Source: Candidatus Zambryskibacteria bacterium RIFOXYD1_FULL_40_13 (GTDB taxonomy: Bacteria; Patescibacteriota; Minisyncoccia; Phycocordibacterales; DATDWN01). Taken from it: a DNA stretch of 64,000 bases. The notes beneath the pieces are model-generated. The model searched no databases and was not told where the DNA came from. It worked only from the letters and a program-made list of their open reading frames with translations. Below, one piece after another: positions 21,769 through 30,209 of the stretch (its first letter is position 1; every line of letters starts with the position of its first letter). Where the stretch lies: NCBI GenBank assembly GCA_001824295.1, contig MHWY01000001.1, forward strand, positions 5,034 through 69,033, written 5' to 3'. A program made the translations under genes and the position numbers.

Positions 21769-24700
21769 TTAACTTTCTAACTTTTCATTATTAATTTCTT
21801 TCGACCCTTTCTTTATTTGTACATCTAGTGCTAGTCCACGAAGGTTGTTGAGCAACACATTAAACGAAGCTGGTGTGTTTAGTTGTGTTATAGGTAAGCC
21901 CTTCACTATTGCATCAAATGCTGCTGATCTTCCAACAATATCGTCTGACTTGATTGTCAAAATTTCCTGTAGTGTATGAGCTGCACCATGACCAAGTAAT
22001 GCCCACACTTCCATTTCTCCAAATCTCTGTCCTCCGTTTTGAGCTTTTCCTCCAAGTGGTTGCTGTGTAATAAGTGAGTATGGACCAATAGATCTCATGT
22101 GTATCTTGTCTTCCACCATGTGATGTAGTTTAAGAATATACATGTATCCCACGGCCACATCCTGCTGGAAAGCTTCCCCAGTTCGTCCATCAAATAGTTT
22201 CATTTTGCCAGTTTCACTGAATCCTGCTTTCTTGAGCTCTTCCTTAATTTCCTCACCAGTTGCCCCGATAAATGGAGGAACGATGGCCTGATAACCGAGG
22301 GTGTGAGCTGCTAAGCCTAAGTGAAGCTCAAGTATTTGCCCCAAGTTCATACGACTTGGCACACCAAGTGGAGTCAAAATAACATCTATTGGTGTTCCAT
22401 CCTCCATGTATGGCATATCTTCCTCGGGAAGAATTTTTGATATAACACCCTTGTTTCCATGGCGTCCTGCTAACTTGTCTCCAACAGAAACATTTCTAAG
22501 CTGTGCGACTTCAATATGTATAGTTTTTATAATACCTGAATCCAGTTTGTCACCATTCTCTCGAGAACGAATTTGTACCTTTATAACTCGTCCTCTTTTA
22601 CCACCCTCCATTCTCTTTGATGTATCTTTGACATCATGAGCCTTTTCACCAAAGAGTGACCGGAGTAACCTTTCTTCGGGTGTAAGTTGTGTCTCTCCCT
22701 TTGGAGTAATCTTGCCGACAAGAATGTCTCCCGGCCTGACTTCTGCTCCAACCTGGACTATTCCATCTTCTGCCAGGTTCTTAAGCTTTGCCTCACCGAC
22801 ATTCGGAATATCACATGTAGTAACTTCTGGTCCAAGTTTTGTATCCCGAACATTTATTGTAAACTCCTCAATGTGAATAGAAGTAAACTTACTGTCTTTT
22901 ACAACTCTTTCAGAAAGTATAATAGCGTCTTCGTAGTTTGAACCACTCCAAGACATGAAAGCGACAAGCATATTTTGCCCGATTGCTGACTGTCCATCCT
23001 TACTTGCTGATGTATCAGCAAGTATTTCACCTTTTTTAACCTTGTCACCTACATTAACTCTCGGTCGCTGGTGAAAAGCAGTAAAACCGTTTGTTCTTGA
23101 AAATCTTATAAGCTCATATTCCTTACTTTTTCCTTGATGGTTCTCGATAACAATTCTCATTCCATCTGCATGTGTCACCACTCCATCCTCTGTTGCAATA
23201 ACAAGTCTGCCTGTGTCTCTCAAAGCATCGGCTTCCATTCCTGTCGCAACAAGGGGCACCTCGGGAATAATACATGGTGTTGCTTGTCTTTGCATGTTAC
23301 TTGCCATCAGGGCTCTGGCAGCAAGGTCATGGTTTAGGAAAGGAATCATTGAGGTAGCTATAGAGAAAGCCTGATTTGCAGAAACATCAATATAGTCAAC
23401 CTTATCTCTTGAAATCATACTTGGATTTCCTTCTATACGAACTTCCACCTCCGTAACCTCAATCTTTCCGTCTTTATCAACAGGGGTGGCAGCATGTGCT
23501 ATGGCATATCTCTCTTCCTCTGAAGCATTCAAATAAACTATCTCATCTGTAACTTTTCCATGCTTAACTTTTGCATATGGAGTTTCAATCATTCCAAAAC
23601 TGTTAATTCTGGCATAAATTGCAAGGCGTAATACGAGACCGATGTTTGGTCCTTCTGGAGTATGAATAGGGCAAAGTCTTCCGTAGTGAGATGTGTGAAC
23701 GTCACGAACTTCGAAACCAGCACGTGTTCTGTTAAGTCCTCCTGGACCTAGAGCTGAAAGCAATCGTAAGTTTTCTATTTCGGCTAGCGGGTTCTCTTGA
23801 GTCATGAACTGTGATAGCTGGTTTGTTGTGAAGAATTCTTTTATTCTGGCCTGAAGTGGTTTTGGGGAAATAAACTGAACAGGAAGAGTGACATCTGTAT
23901 CAATAGTAGACATTCTATTCTGAATGTTTCTCTTGATTTGAGCCATACCAGTACGAATCTTTTGTTGAAATAGCTCTCCAACAAATCTGACACGTCTACT
24001 ACCCAAGTGGTCAATATCATCACCCGCAGCATTTGGAGTATTATTTAGTTCTGCAATATGAGAAATTATTGTGACAAGGTCCTCAAGATTGATGGTCTTT
24101 CTCTTTAACTCCTTATCATCCATTTTCTTATTAAACCTCTTGTTGAATCTGTATCTTCCGACCGGAGAGAGGTCATATCTTTCTTCTTCAAATATCGAAC
24201 CGACAAATTCACGAGCATTATCTGCCGTAGCTAGGTCGCCATCGCGCAATCTCTTGTGTATTTCAATGAAGGCATCATCAACAGATTTGTCCTTATCCTT
24301 AAGCAGGGTTTTCTCTATAGCCATTGTTCCGAACTTATCATCTGCAAATAGTTTCTTTATCCCGACGTCATCCTTTGCACCAAGCACCCTAAGAAGGGTT
24401 GTACTTGCAAACTTTCGTTTTCTGTCTATACGAACATAAATCATGCCATCAAGGTCTGACTCAATTTCTATCCAGGCACCACGAGAAGGAATGATTTTGG
24501 CACCAAATATTTTTCTTCCTTTCAATTCTGACTCGGTAAAGAACACTCCGTATGAGCGTGCTAGTTGGGGAACAATAACTCTCTCTATTCCAGATATAAT
24601 AAATGTCCCATGAGAAGTCATTAGAGGAAAATCAGCCATGAATATTTCCTGCTCTTTCTCCGTACCAAGAATATGGTTTTTTAATCTAACTTTTACCTTT

Positions 24701-24966
24701 AGCGGAGCCTCATAAGACAGCTTGTTATCTTTCGCATAATATTCATCATGCTTGGCCTGTGCCAATTCAAAACCTGTAAAGTCTAGGGTAAATTTCTTTT
24801 CGGAATAATCCTTGATTGAAGAAAACTCTTCAAACACTTCTTTCAGACCCTTCTCAACAAGCCACTTGAAAGAGTCTAGTTGTGGCTCAACAAAGTTGGG
24901 TGTTGCAATAAGTGGCTTTTTGAAGCGACTGAAAAACTTCTGTGGACGAGCAGTTATAATATTCAT
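21769..24966 (-). CDS. rpoB: RNA polymerase beta subunit
   Basis: GDKLAGRHGNKG, GGQRFGEME; likely start MNII at 24966. Confidence 0.98.
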   Translation of the reverse strand: MNIITARPQKFFSRFKKPLIATPNFVEPQLDSFKWLVEKGLKEVFEEFSSIKDYSEKKFTLDFTGFELAQAKHDEYYAKDNKLSYEAPLKVKVRLKNHILGTEKEQEIFMADFPLMTSHGTFIISGIERVIVPQLARSYGVFFTESELKGRKIFGAKIIPSRGAWIEIESDLDGMIYVRIDRKRKFASTTLLRVLGAKDDVGIKKLFADDKFGTMAIEKTLLKDKDKSVDDAFIEIHKRLRDGDLATADNAREFVGSIFEEERYDLSPVGRYRFNKRFNKKMDDKELKRKTINLEDLVTIISHIAELNNTPNAAGDDIDHLGSRRVRFVGELFQQKIRTGMAQIKRNIQNRMSTIDTDVTLPVQFISPKPLQARIKEFFTTNQLSQFMTQENPLAEIENLRLLSALGPGGLNRTRAGFEVRDVHTSHYGRLCPIHTPEGPNIGLVLRLAIYARINSFGMIETPYAKVKHGKVTDEIVYLNASEEERYAIAHAATPVDKDGKIEVTEVEVRIEGNPSMISRDKVDYIDVSANQAFSIATSMIPFLNHDLAARALMASNMQRQATPCIIPEVPLVATGMEADALRDTGRLVIATEDGVVTHADGMRIVIENHQGKSKEYELIRFSRTNGFTAFHQRPRVNVGDKVKKGEILADTSASKDGQSAIGQNMLVAFMSWSGSNYEDAIILSERVVKDSKFTSIHIEEFTINVRDTKLGPEVTTCDIPNVGEAKLKNLAEDGIVQVGAEVRPGDILVGKITPKGETQLTPEERLLRSLFGEKAHDVKDTSKRMEGGKRGRVIKVQIRSRENGDKLDSGIIKTIHIEVAQLRNVSVGDKLAGRHGNKGVISKILPEEDMPYMEDGTPIDVILTPLGVPSRMNLGQILELHLGLAAHTLGYQAIVPPFIGATGEEIKEELKKAGFSETGKMKLFDGRTGEAFQQDVAVGYMYILKLHHMVEDKIHMRSIGPYSLITQQPLGGKAQNGGQRFGEMEVWALLGHGAAHTLQEILTIKSDDIVGRSAAFDAIVKGLPITQLNTPASFNVLLNNLRGLALDVQIKKGSKEINNEKLES

Positions 24967-25303
24967 AAATAAATTTTTAATTCCCTCTTCTATTAATAAA
25001 ATCAAAGCAAACAAAAGCAGACCCTTCCCCAAGGGTTTATGCTTTTATTATTATTTTTTTAGCGATTTTGTCGCAAAATAGTGCAAGTGGACCAATTAAC
25101 TATCTAATCCCTTCACTTCCTATCAAGACTCAATCGTTGAAGTTAAAAGCAGTATACGCCAAGAGTGTGTTATATGTCAACCCTATTAGAGACTAACTTT
25201 AGTCAAGTATTTAGGTGTATAACTTTTTTCCTTAAATTATGGCTTTAAATAAGGATATACTAGACAAATAAATTTCCGATAGAGCGAGTTAAAGTCAAGA
25301 AAG

Positions 25304-25312
25304 TTATCCACA
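25304..25312 (+). promoter_or_regulatory. DnaA box
   Basis: TTATCCACA consensus; degenerate CTATTCACA at 25315-25323. Confidence 0.5.
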
Positions 25313-25355
25313 AGCTATTCACAGTTTGTTTGACACGGGGTTGAGATTCAGTGGA

Positions 25356-25613
25356 TCAATCTGATATCTCAAAAACCTTGTGTTTTATACTAGCACCAGA
25401 AATAAGTTTTACCAGAGATGGTGCAACATTAAAATATCTGGCTATTGCTCGCCTCACTGCCTCGTTTGCTCGCCCCCCTACAGGTGCTTCCTTGACACAA
25501 ACTTTGTATTCCACCAACCCGGATTTTGTATCTGGTAGATCTAGGGTGGGTTGAACCACCCTCTCTACGCTTTCTATTTTTGAGTTTGGTTTGGCCTTAA
25601 CGACTATCTTCAT
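25356..25613 (-). CDS. DUF167 (YggU-like) protein
   Basis: VKAKPNS, APVGGRANEA, LISGASIKHK. Confidence 0.85.
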   Translation of the reverse strand: MKIVVKAKPNSKIESVERVVQPTLDLPDTKSGLVEYKVCVKEAPVGGRANEAVRRAIARYFNVAPSLVKLISGASIKHKVFEISD

Positions 25614-25909
25614 CAGAGTAGTATAAATGAAATACAAATATTGTCATCTTCCCAAATCCCCTCTTTTAGGCGAATAGGTTTCTTAATACACATAATATAT
25701 GACTCAGACCTCTTGTCTGGAAACAATGCAGTTGTCCAAGTGCTTTTACCCACAGTGACATTGACCTTTATAAACCCAGCACCATATGTGTTTGCCCAAC
25801 CCTTAATCTTCTTTGAAAGCTCTTTTGTTAAAGTGACGAAATGCCAGCCAATATCTCCTGGCCAACGCCAAACCTGAGCATTGAATGTAAAATTCTTCTT
25901 TGTAAACAT
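25613..25909 (-). CDS. DUF1905 domain protein
   Basis: GWHFVTL, WTTALFP, KKPIRLKEG. Confidence 0.8.
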   Translation of the reverse strand: MFTKKNFTFNAQVWRWPGDIGWHFVTLTKELSKKIKGWANTYGAGFIKVNVTVGKSTWTTALFPDKRSESYIMCIKKPIRLKEGIWEDDNICISFILL

Positions 25910-26487
25910 TAATACTTTCTTATTACCCCTTTTACTATAGCCGCCACCTTCAAATCATACTGTGGGTATATCGGGGAATAGTTTTTGTTTGCGGGCTTAA
26001 GATACACAAGGCTTCCTTTTCTCTTGAAATATTTCATGGTCCAGCCACCATCAACCTCAGCGATAACAATATCTCCGTCTTTTGGATTTCCCCTTCTTTC
26101 TACTAAAACCAAGTCCCCTTCTTTTATACCCTCATCTATCATTGAATCTCCCTTTACCTCTAAGAGATATGTTGATTCCTTGTTCTTAACTAGGTACTCG
26201 TCTAGGTTGAGAGAGTCTAGAACATTTGGATCAACCATTGTTGGAATACCAGCTTCCACCAAACCGAGTAGAGGTATTTCGCCAAATATTTTCATTGGAG
26301 TAAGTCTTCCACTTGAGTCTTTATCCACCACCTCATCCTCAACAAGCTTGTTGATTAGCTTGTATACTGCATTTTTTGATTTGAAGCCCACAAGAGACAT
26401 GATTTCCTTATATCCAGGCATTCGCCTGTGCTTCTGATAGAAGGAAATGATTTTGTCTCTTTGTGAAATATATTTTTCTTCTGACAT
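25909..26487 (-). CDS. lexA: SOS repressor LexA
   Basis: N-terminal wHTH, cleavage site GLVEAG, catalytic GDSM and TMK. Confidence 0.88.
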   Translation of the reverse strand: MSEEKYISQRDKIISFYQKHRRMPGYKEIMSLVGFKSKNAVYKLINKLVEDEVVDKDSSGRLTPMKIFGEIPLLGLVEAGIPTMVDPNVLDSLNLDEYLVKNKESTYLLEVKGDSMIDEGIKEGDLVLVERRGNPKDGDIVIAEVDGGWTMKYFKRKGSLVYLKPANKNYSPIYPQYDLKVAAIVKGVIRKY

Positions 26488-26491
26488 ATTT

Positions 26492-26698
26492 TTATATTAT
26501 AGAAGCAAAACCCATTGAACGAACCATCCAGTGTGAGCTAATTTTATTTCTACGAATGTTTGCCAAACTAGACAAAATAAACTTGTGCCTTTTGGCTTCC
26601 CTTGAATAAGAGAGACCCTTTATAATCTTGTGGTCAATAACATCATTTAAAACCTCTAACTCTTGCCTCAATACTTTTTCTAAATTTTGTTTTGACAT
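26492..26698 (-). CDS. Small hypothetical protein, first gene of the lexA operon
   Basis: 4 nt from lexA; host-like composition. Confidence 0.65.
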   Translation of the reverse strand: MSKQNLEKVLRQELEVLNDVIDHKIIKGLSYSREAKRHKFILSSLANIRRNKISSHWMVRSMGFASII

Positions 26699-26728
26699 GT
26701 GTTATTTATAAATTATTTGTATATAAGT

Positions 26729-26758
26729 ATTATAAGTGAACTGCGGTTCACCTGTCAA
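26729..26758 (-). promoter_or_regulatory. Sigma-70 promoter containing a LexA-type operator
   Basis: TTGACA-N18-TATAAT on the minus strand with GTGAAC-TGCG-GTTCAC (26736-26751) in the spacer. Confidence 0.8.
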
Positions 26759-26837
26759 TAATATAACTGTGGATAACCTTTGACAGCAATAGGAATGGTG
26801 ATAGTCTAAATATTAGACACCCCAACCAGGAGGAGCC

Positions 26838-27056
26838 ATGGTAGCCCACGACCCGAGATTCGAGGTAATGGTCACGTACTTTCAGGAGTTCGACCACAGG
26901 ACAACAGTCCCTCACCACTTCCCAATTGAGATGGAAGTCAAACTCGGCCAGATCTTCACATGGACCTGTGGGCAGTTCACGGGTACGGCGGAAGTGGTAG
27001 GTATCATCGGCGAATCCGGCAACAGGCGCCGAGTACTCATTCGCAAACTGAGCTAA
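26838..27056 (+). CDS. Small hypothetical protein (cassette 1)
   Basis: TTGACA...TGATAGTCT promoter, AGGAGG SD, downstream hairpin. Confidence 0.65.
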   Translation: MVAHDPRFEVMVTYFQEFDHRTTVPHHFPIEMEVKLGQIFTWTCGQFTGTAEVVGIIGESGNRRRVLIRKLS

Positions 27057-27070
27057 GACAGTCGCACACA

Positions 27071-27102
27071 CCCGCCAGGACACCTCGTCTTGGCGGTTTC
27101 GC
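27071..27102 (+). repeat. Hairpin direct repeat copy 1 (terminator-like)
   Basis: cccgccaggacacctcgtcttggcggtttcgc followed by a T run. Confidence 0.8.
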
Positions 27103-27180
27103 TTTTTTTAATAACTCAAAACTATTTGGATTTGAGACAAACACATGATAGACTGTCGCAGGAACCAGGAGGAGGACACG

Positions 27181-27399
27181 ATGAGGAACGACTTGTCGCC
27201 ACTCGATCTTTCTGCAACACAGTATGGGCTGTTGTTCCTAAACGAAACAGCCTTGATTGCGGTCCCGTCGCACTGGTATGTGAAGACGGGAGACAAGCTT
27301 CGAGCACAATACGCGTTCAGTGAGTTCGTGGTTGTTGTGACAGCGACCACACCACTTGTCCCGAAGTACACCACCTTGTCACTGGAAAAAGAACAATAG
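27181..27399 (+). CDS. Small hypothetical protein (cassette 2)
   Basis: Same aaccaggaggag SD context as cassette 1. Confidence 0.6.
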   Translation: MRNDLSPLDLSATQYGLLFLNETALIAVPSHWYVKTGDKLRAQYAFSEFVVVVTATTPLVPKYTTLSLEKEQ

Positions 27400-27425
27400 A
27401 GAGACAAGGAAATTCCCACCCACCC

Positions 27426-27457
27426 CCCGCCAGGACACCTCGCCCTGGCGGTTTCGC
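27426..27457 (+). repeat. Hairpin direct repeat copy 2
   Basis: cccgccaggacacctcgccctggcggtttcgc; 30/32 identical to copy 1. Confidence 0.8.
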
Positions 27458-27459
27458 AT

Positions 27460-27948
27460 CTATACGATATTTCCTATCACTGGGTTAACGATTTTAATAT
27501 AATCTTCTGCCCTCATTCCTATAGAGAAACTCTTGTCACCAGCGTTAAAAATAATTTTTTCATTCGCAAGAAGGCCCCTATCAGCATATACAGGAAGTCC
27601 AAACAAATTTCCGAAGGGTGGAACACCACCAAGCAAGACGCCGTCAGTAATCTTCAGAACCTCTTCCTCTGTGGCAAATCTAATATCAGAGAGACCAAAC
27701 TCCTCCCTTATTTTAGTTGTGTCAAACTTCTTGCTTCCCTGCAAAACAAACATAACAAAAAGTTTACCCTCTCCCGGTTTTTTTACTCGAGTAATAAGAG
27801 CTTTTGCGCCCTGATCCATGTTATATCCAGAGCGAACCTTGGAAGCCTCTTCGCTAGTACGAACAGGTTCGTGCTCAAATGTTTCAAACCAAAAACCTCC
27901 TTCTGTAAGAATTGCTTTTATTTTTTCTGTTAGAGGGTGGTAAGACAT
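27460..27948 (-). CDS. YbaK/ProX-type aminoacyl-tRNA editing protein
   Basis: HEPVRTSEEA, GAKAL, RFAT, GGVPPFG, FNAG. Confidence 0.88.
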   Translation of the reverse strand: MSYHPLTEKIKAILTEGGFWFETFEHEPVRTSEEASKVRSGYNMDQGAKALITRVKKPGEGKLFVMFVLQGSKKFDTTKIREEFGLSDIRFATEEEVLKITDGVLLGGVPPFGNLFGLPVYADRGLLANEKIIFNAGDKSFSIGMRAEDYIKIVNPVIGNIV

Positions 27949-27980
27949 GAATTAGTTATAAAGTATAAAGTCCATAAAGT

Positions 27981-29006
27981 CTATAAAGCAAATTCACACC
28001 CCATGTGCTCAATTCCCAAAAGATATTTCTCACAAAAAGCAGTCTTCTTATCACCTACCATAAATTCCGGAGCAAAAGCCTTTATGTCAAAAGGATAAAT
28101 AGTAAAAACTTTCTTGTCTTCCCAGAATTCGACACCAGCACCAAGCCCCACCATTGTATCCCCAAAGTTCTGGTCAAAAACAAAATTACCAAGTGAGTAG
28201 AACACAACTCCACCATTATATATTTCTACAGGCTCAACCACATGAGGGTGGTGGCCAAAAATGACATCAGCGCCAGCATCTATAAGCTTGTGAGCAATCA
28301 AAACCTGCGCCTCTGTTTTGCCCAATTCATATTCTGTTCCCCAATGGATATTTACAATAACAAAGTCGTTCTCAGATTTTAGTTTTTGTATCAAGGGATA
28401 ATAGTTTGGGATTGATGCTGGAGAAACAGTCTGGTCCATGCCGACAAAGGCAAACCTCTTACTATCTATTGTTTTCAAAAAGTAACTTTTTTCCACCTCA
28501 CTATCACCCATATACGGAATACCAGCTTCACTCAAATACTGTTTTGTGCTTTTAAAACCAGCACTGAAACAATCATAACTATGGTTGTTTGCAATATTAA
28601 CCATGTTTATACCCGCACTTATAAGCAATTCTGGAGTGGTAGAAGCGAATTGAAAATTGTAGGCCTTTTTCTGACACTTACTTCTATCCATTTCTACAAT
28701 AGGACCCTCTAGGTTAAGTCCGATAATATCGTAACCCCTAATCATTTCAAAATCTCTTTTTATATATTCAAACGGGTCTCTTCCGCGCTTATCTATTATG
28801 TTTCTAACCCCCCTATCAAACATAGCATCACCAAAATTTATAACTGATGGGTAATTTTTTTGAGTCACTTCTTTGCTAATCACACCTGCAACATTAGACT
28901 CCATTCTGTCCTTTGGTATATTAAATGAGTGGTTATAAATATAAAAATTTGTACTAAAAAAAAGAAGCAGAGACAGACCAAGTAATAAATAATATCTAGG
29001 TTTCAT
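27981..29006 (-). CDS. CapA family metallophosphoesterase
   Basis: GDAM, NLE, ANNHSYD, HWGTE, GHHPHV, YSLGNFVFDQ. Confidence 0.92.
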   Translation of the reverse strand: MKPRYYLLLGLSLLLFFSTNFYIYNHSFNIPKDRMESNVAGVISKEVTQKNYPSVINFGDAMFDRGVRNIIDKRGRDPFEYIKRDFEMIRGYDIIGLNLEGPIVEMDRSKCQKKAYNFQFASTTPELLISAGINMVNIANNHSYDCFSAGFKSTKQYLSEAGIPYMGDSEVEKSYFLKTIDSKRFAFVGMDQTVSPASIPNYYPLIQKLKSENDFVIVNIHWGTEYELGKTEAQVLIAHKLIDAGADVIFGHHPHVVEPVEIYNGGVVFYSLGNFVFDQNFGDTMVGLGAGVEFWEDKKVFTIYPFDIKAFAPEFMVGDKKTAFCEKYLLGIEHMGCEFAL

Positions 29007-29083
29007 ATAATCAATCCTAACATAAATACAAAACGGGCGGTCCCACGAAGGAACCGCCCGTCAAGGGAACCCGACAGAACAAT

Positions 29084-30040
29084 CTAGCGAACGGGAGGCC
29101 GATTGCCCTTCTCGACCGCCTTCAGAAGCTGGAGCGTACGTCCGTCCCTGAATGCGTTCCAGGCAGTGATGCACTGCCTGAACATGAACTCTTGCGACAC
29201 GATCTTCTTGTCGCTGTGTGAGCCCATGCCGGAGTCGACGGCGGCGCGCTGGAGCTCGTTGCGGAGCTTGAGACGAGGGTCACCGACTTTCTCGATGCCC
29301 GTTCCGGTCGCCACCGGAATCCAGAACTCCACCGCGATCTGCGACGCCTTGTTGAAGGTGGCAAACATCGCCCCGACCACCGGCGCGCGGAGAAGATGCT
29401 TGTAGTCCCGGCTCGAGTGCTTGTCAAGGAAAGCGCAGACCTTCCGAGCGAGGTCGTAGTGGTCCGTCTTGATCAGGAAGGCCACGTCGTCCCCATCGTG
29501 AATCCGCCGCTCGTGTTTTGTCTTCCACATCCACATGGCAAACCCCATGGGAACGACACGCAGTGTGTTGGATTTCACACCCTCGAACTCCGGCGTGCCG
29601 GCGAGGTAAGACGTGATGACGTTAGCGCGCGTCCTCGGCGAGGAGCGATCGATGGACGCGTACAGAATGCGCATGTCCTCAACCGACTTCGCCGTATACT
29701 CGAGCATGGTCACGTTGCACTCGTAGCTGGGCGGCATGTAGATCCTGGCCCACGCCGTATGCTGACCGTTCATCCGGTAGGTCTTACCGTCGAACTTGCA
29801 GATGACGAGATTGACCCACTCGGGGTGGAACGTTCCACGTTCCATGGTCTGGATGAGGTAGTCGACGTGCGAGTTCTTCAGCGTCCGCTCGCCGACGAAC
29901 TCCTCGTGCCCGAGAAGCTTCTCGGCTTCAGCCCTGGTGAAGTTAACCTTCCGACTAGTGACGAGTTTCAGCCCGTCACCAAGCCCAGTGACATTCAACA
30001 CCTCAGGACGCGGTCCGGCACTTTCGTACTTACCACTCAT
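29084..30040 (-). CDS. ParB/DGQHR-like domain protein (NGQHT variant)
   Basis: ERTLKNSHVDYLIQTMERGTF...RMNGQHTAWA; high GC; AGGAG SD; terminator at 29035-29060. Confidence 0.6.
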   Translation of the reverse strand: MSGKYESAGPRPEVLNVTGLGDGLKLVTSRKVNFTRAEAEKLLGHEEFVGERTLKNSHVDYLIQTMERGTFHPEWVNLVICKFDGKTYRMNGQHTAWARIYMPPSYECNVTMLEYTAKSVEDMRILYASIDRSSPRTRANVITSYLAGTPEFEGVKSNTLRVVPMGFAMWMWKTKHERRIHDGDDVAFLIKTDHYDLARKVCAFLDKHSSRDYKHLLRAPVVGAMFATFNKASQIAVEFWIPVATGTGIEKVGDPRLKLRNELQRAAVDSGMGSHSDKKIVSQEFMFRQCITAWNAFRDGRTLQLLKAVEKGNRPPVR

Positions 30041-30209
30041 GACACACTCTCCTTGTAGCGTTTTGTTTTGAAGGAACACCGCTGTTGGGTGTGTTCGGGA
30101 TAAAACGCCTAAATATACCCTTTATTAGGACTATCTCGAGAAACACTCTTTTGATTTGTCCTAATAATTCTAAGACAACCATATCTAAATTAAAAAATCT
30201 GTCAAGTGT

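Noticed and set aside
25033-25350. Replication origin
   Set aside because: Only one perfect DnaA box plus degenerate ones, no dnaA or dnaN nearby, and skew could not be computed.
27071-27457. CRISPR array
   Set aside because: Only two repeats about 355 nt apart with an ORF between them; no cas genes.
29103-30058. Long antisense ORFs over GC-rich or core genes (also 472-1236, 35022-35660, 37964-38452 and others)
   Set aside because: Shadow frames of better-supported genes with no recognisable motifs.
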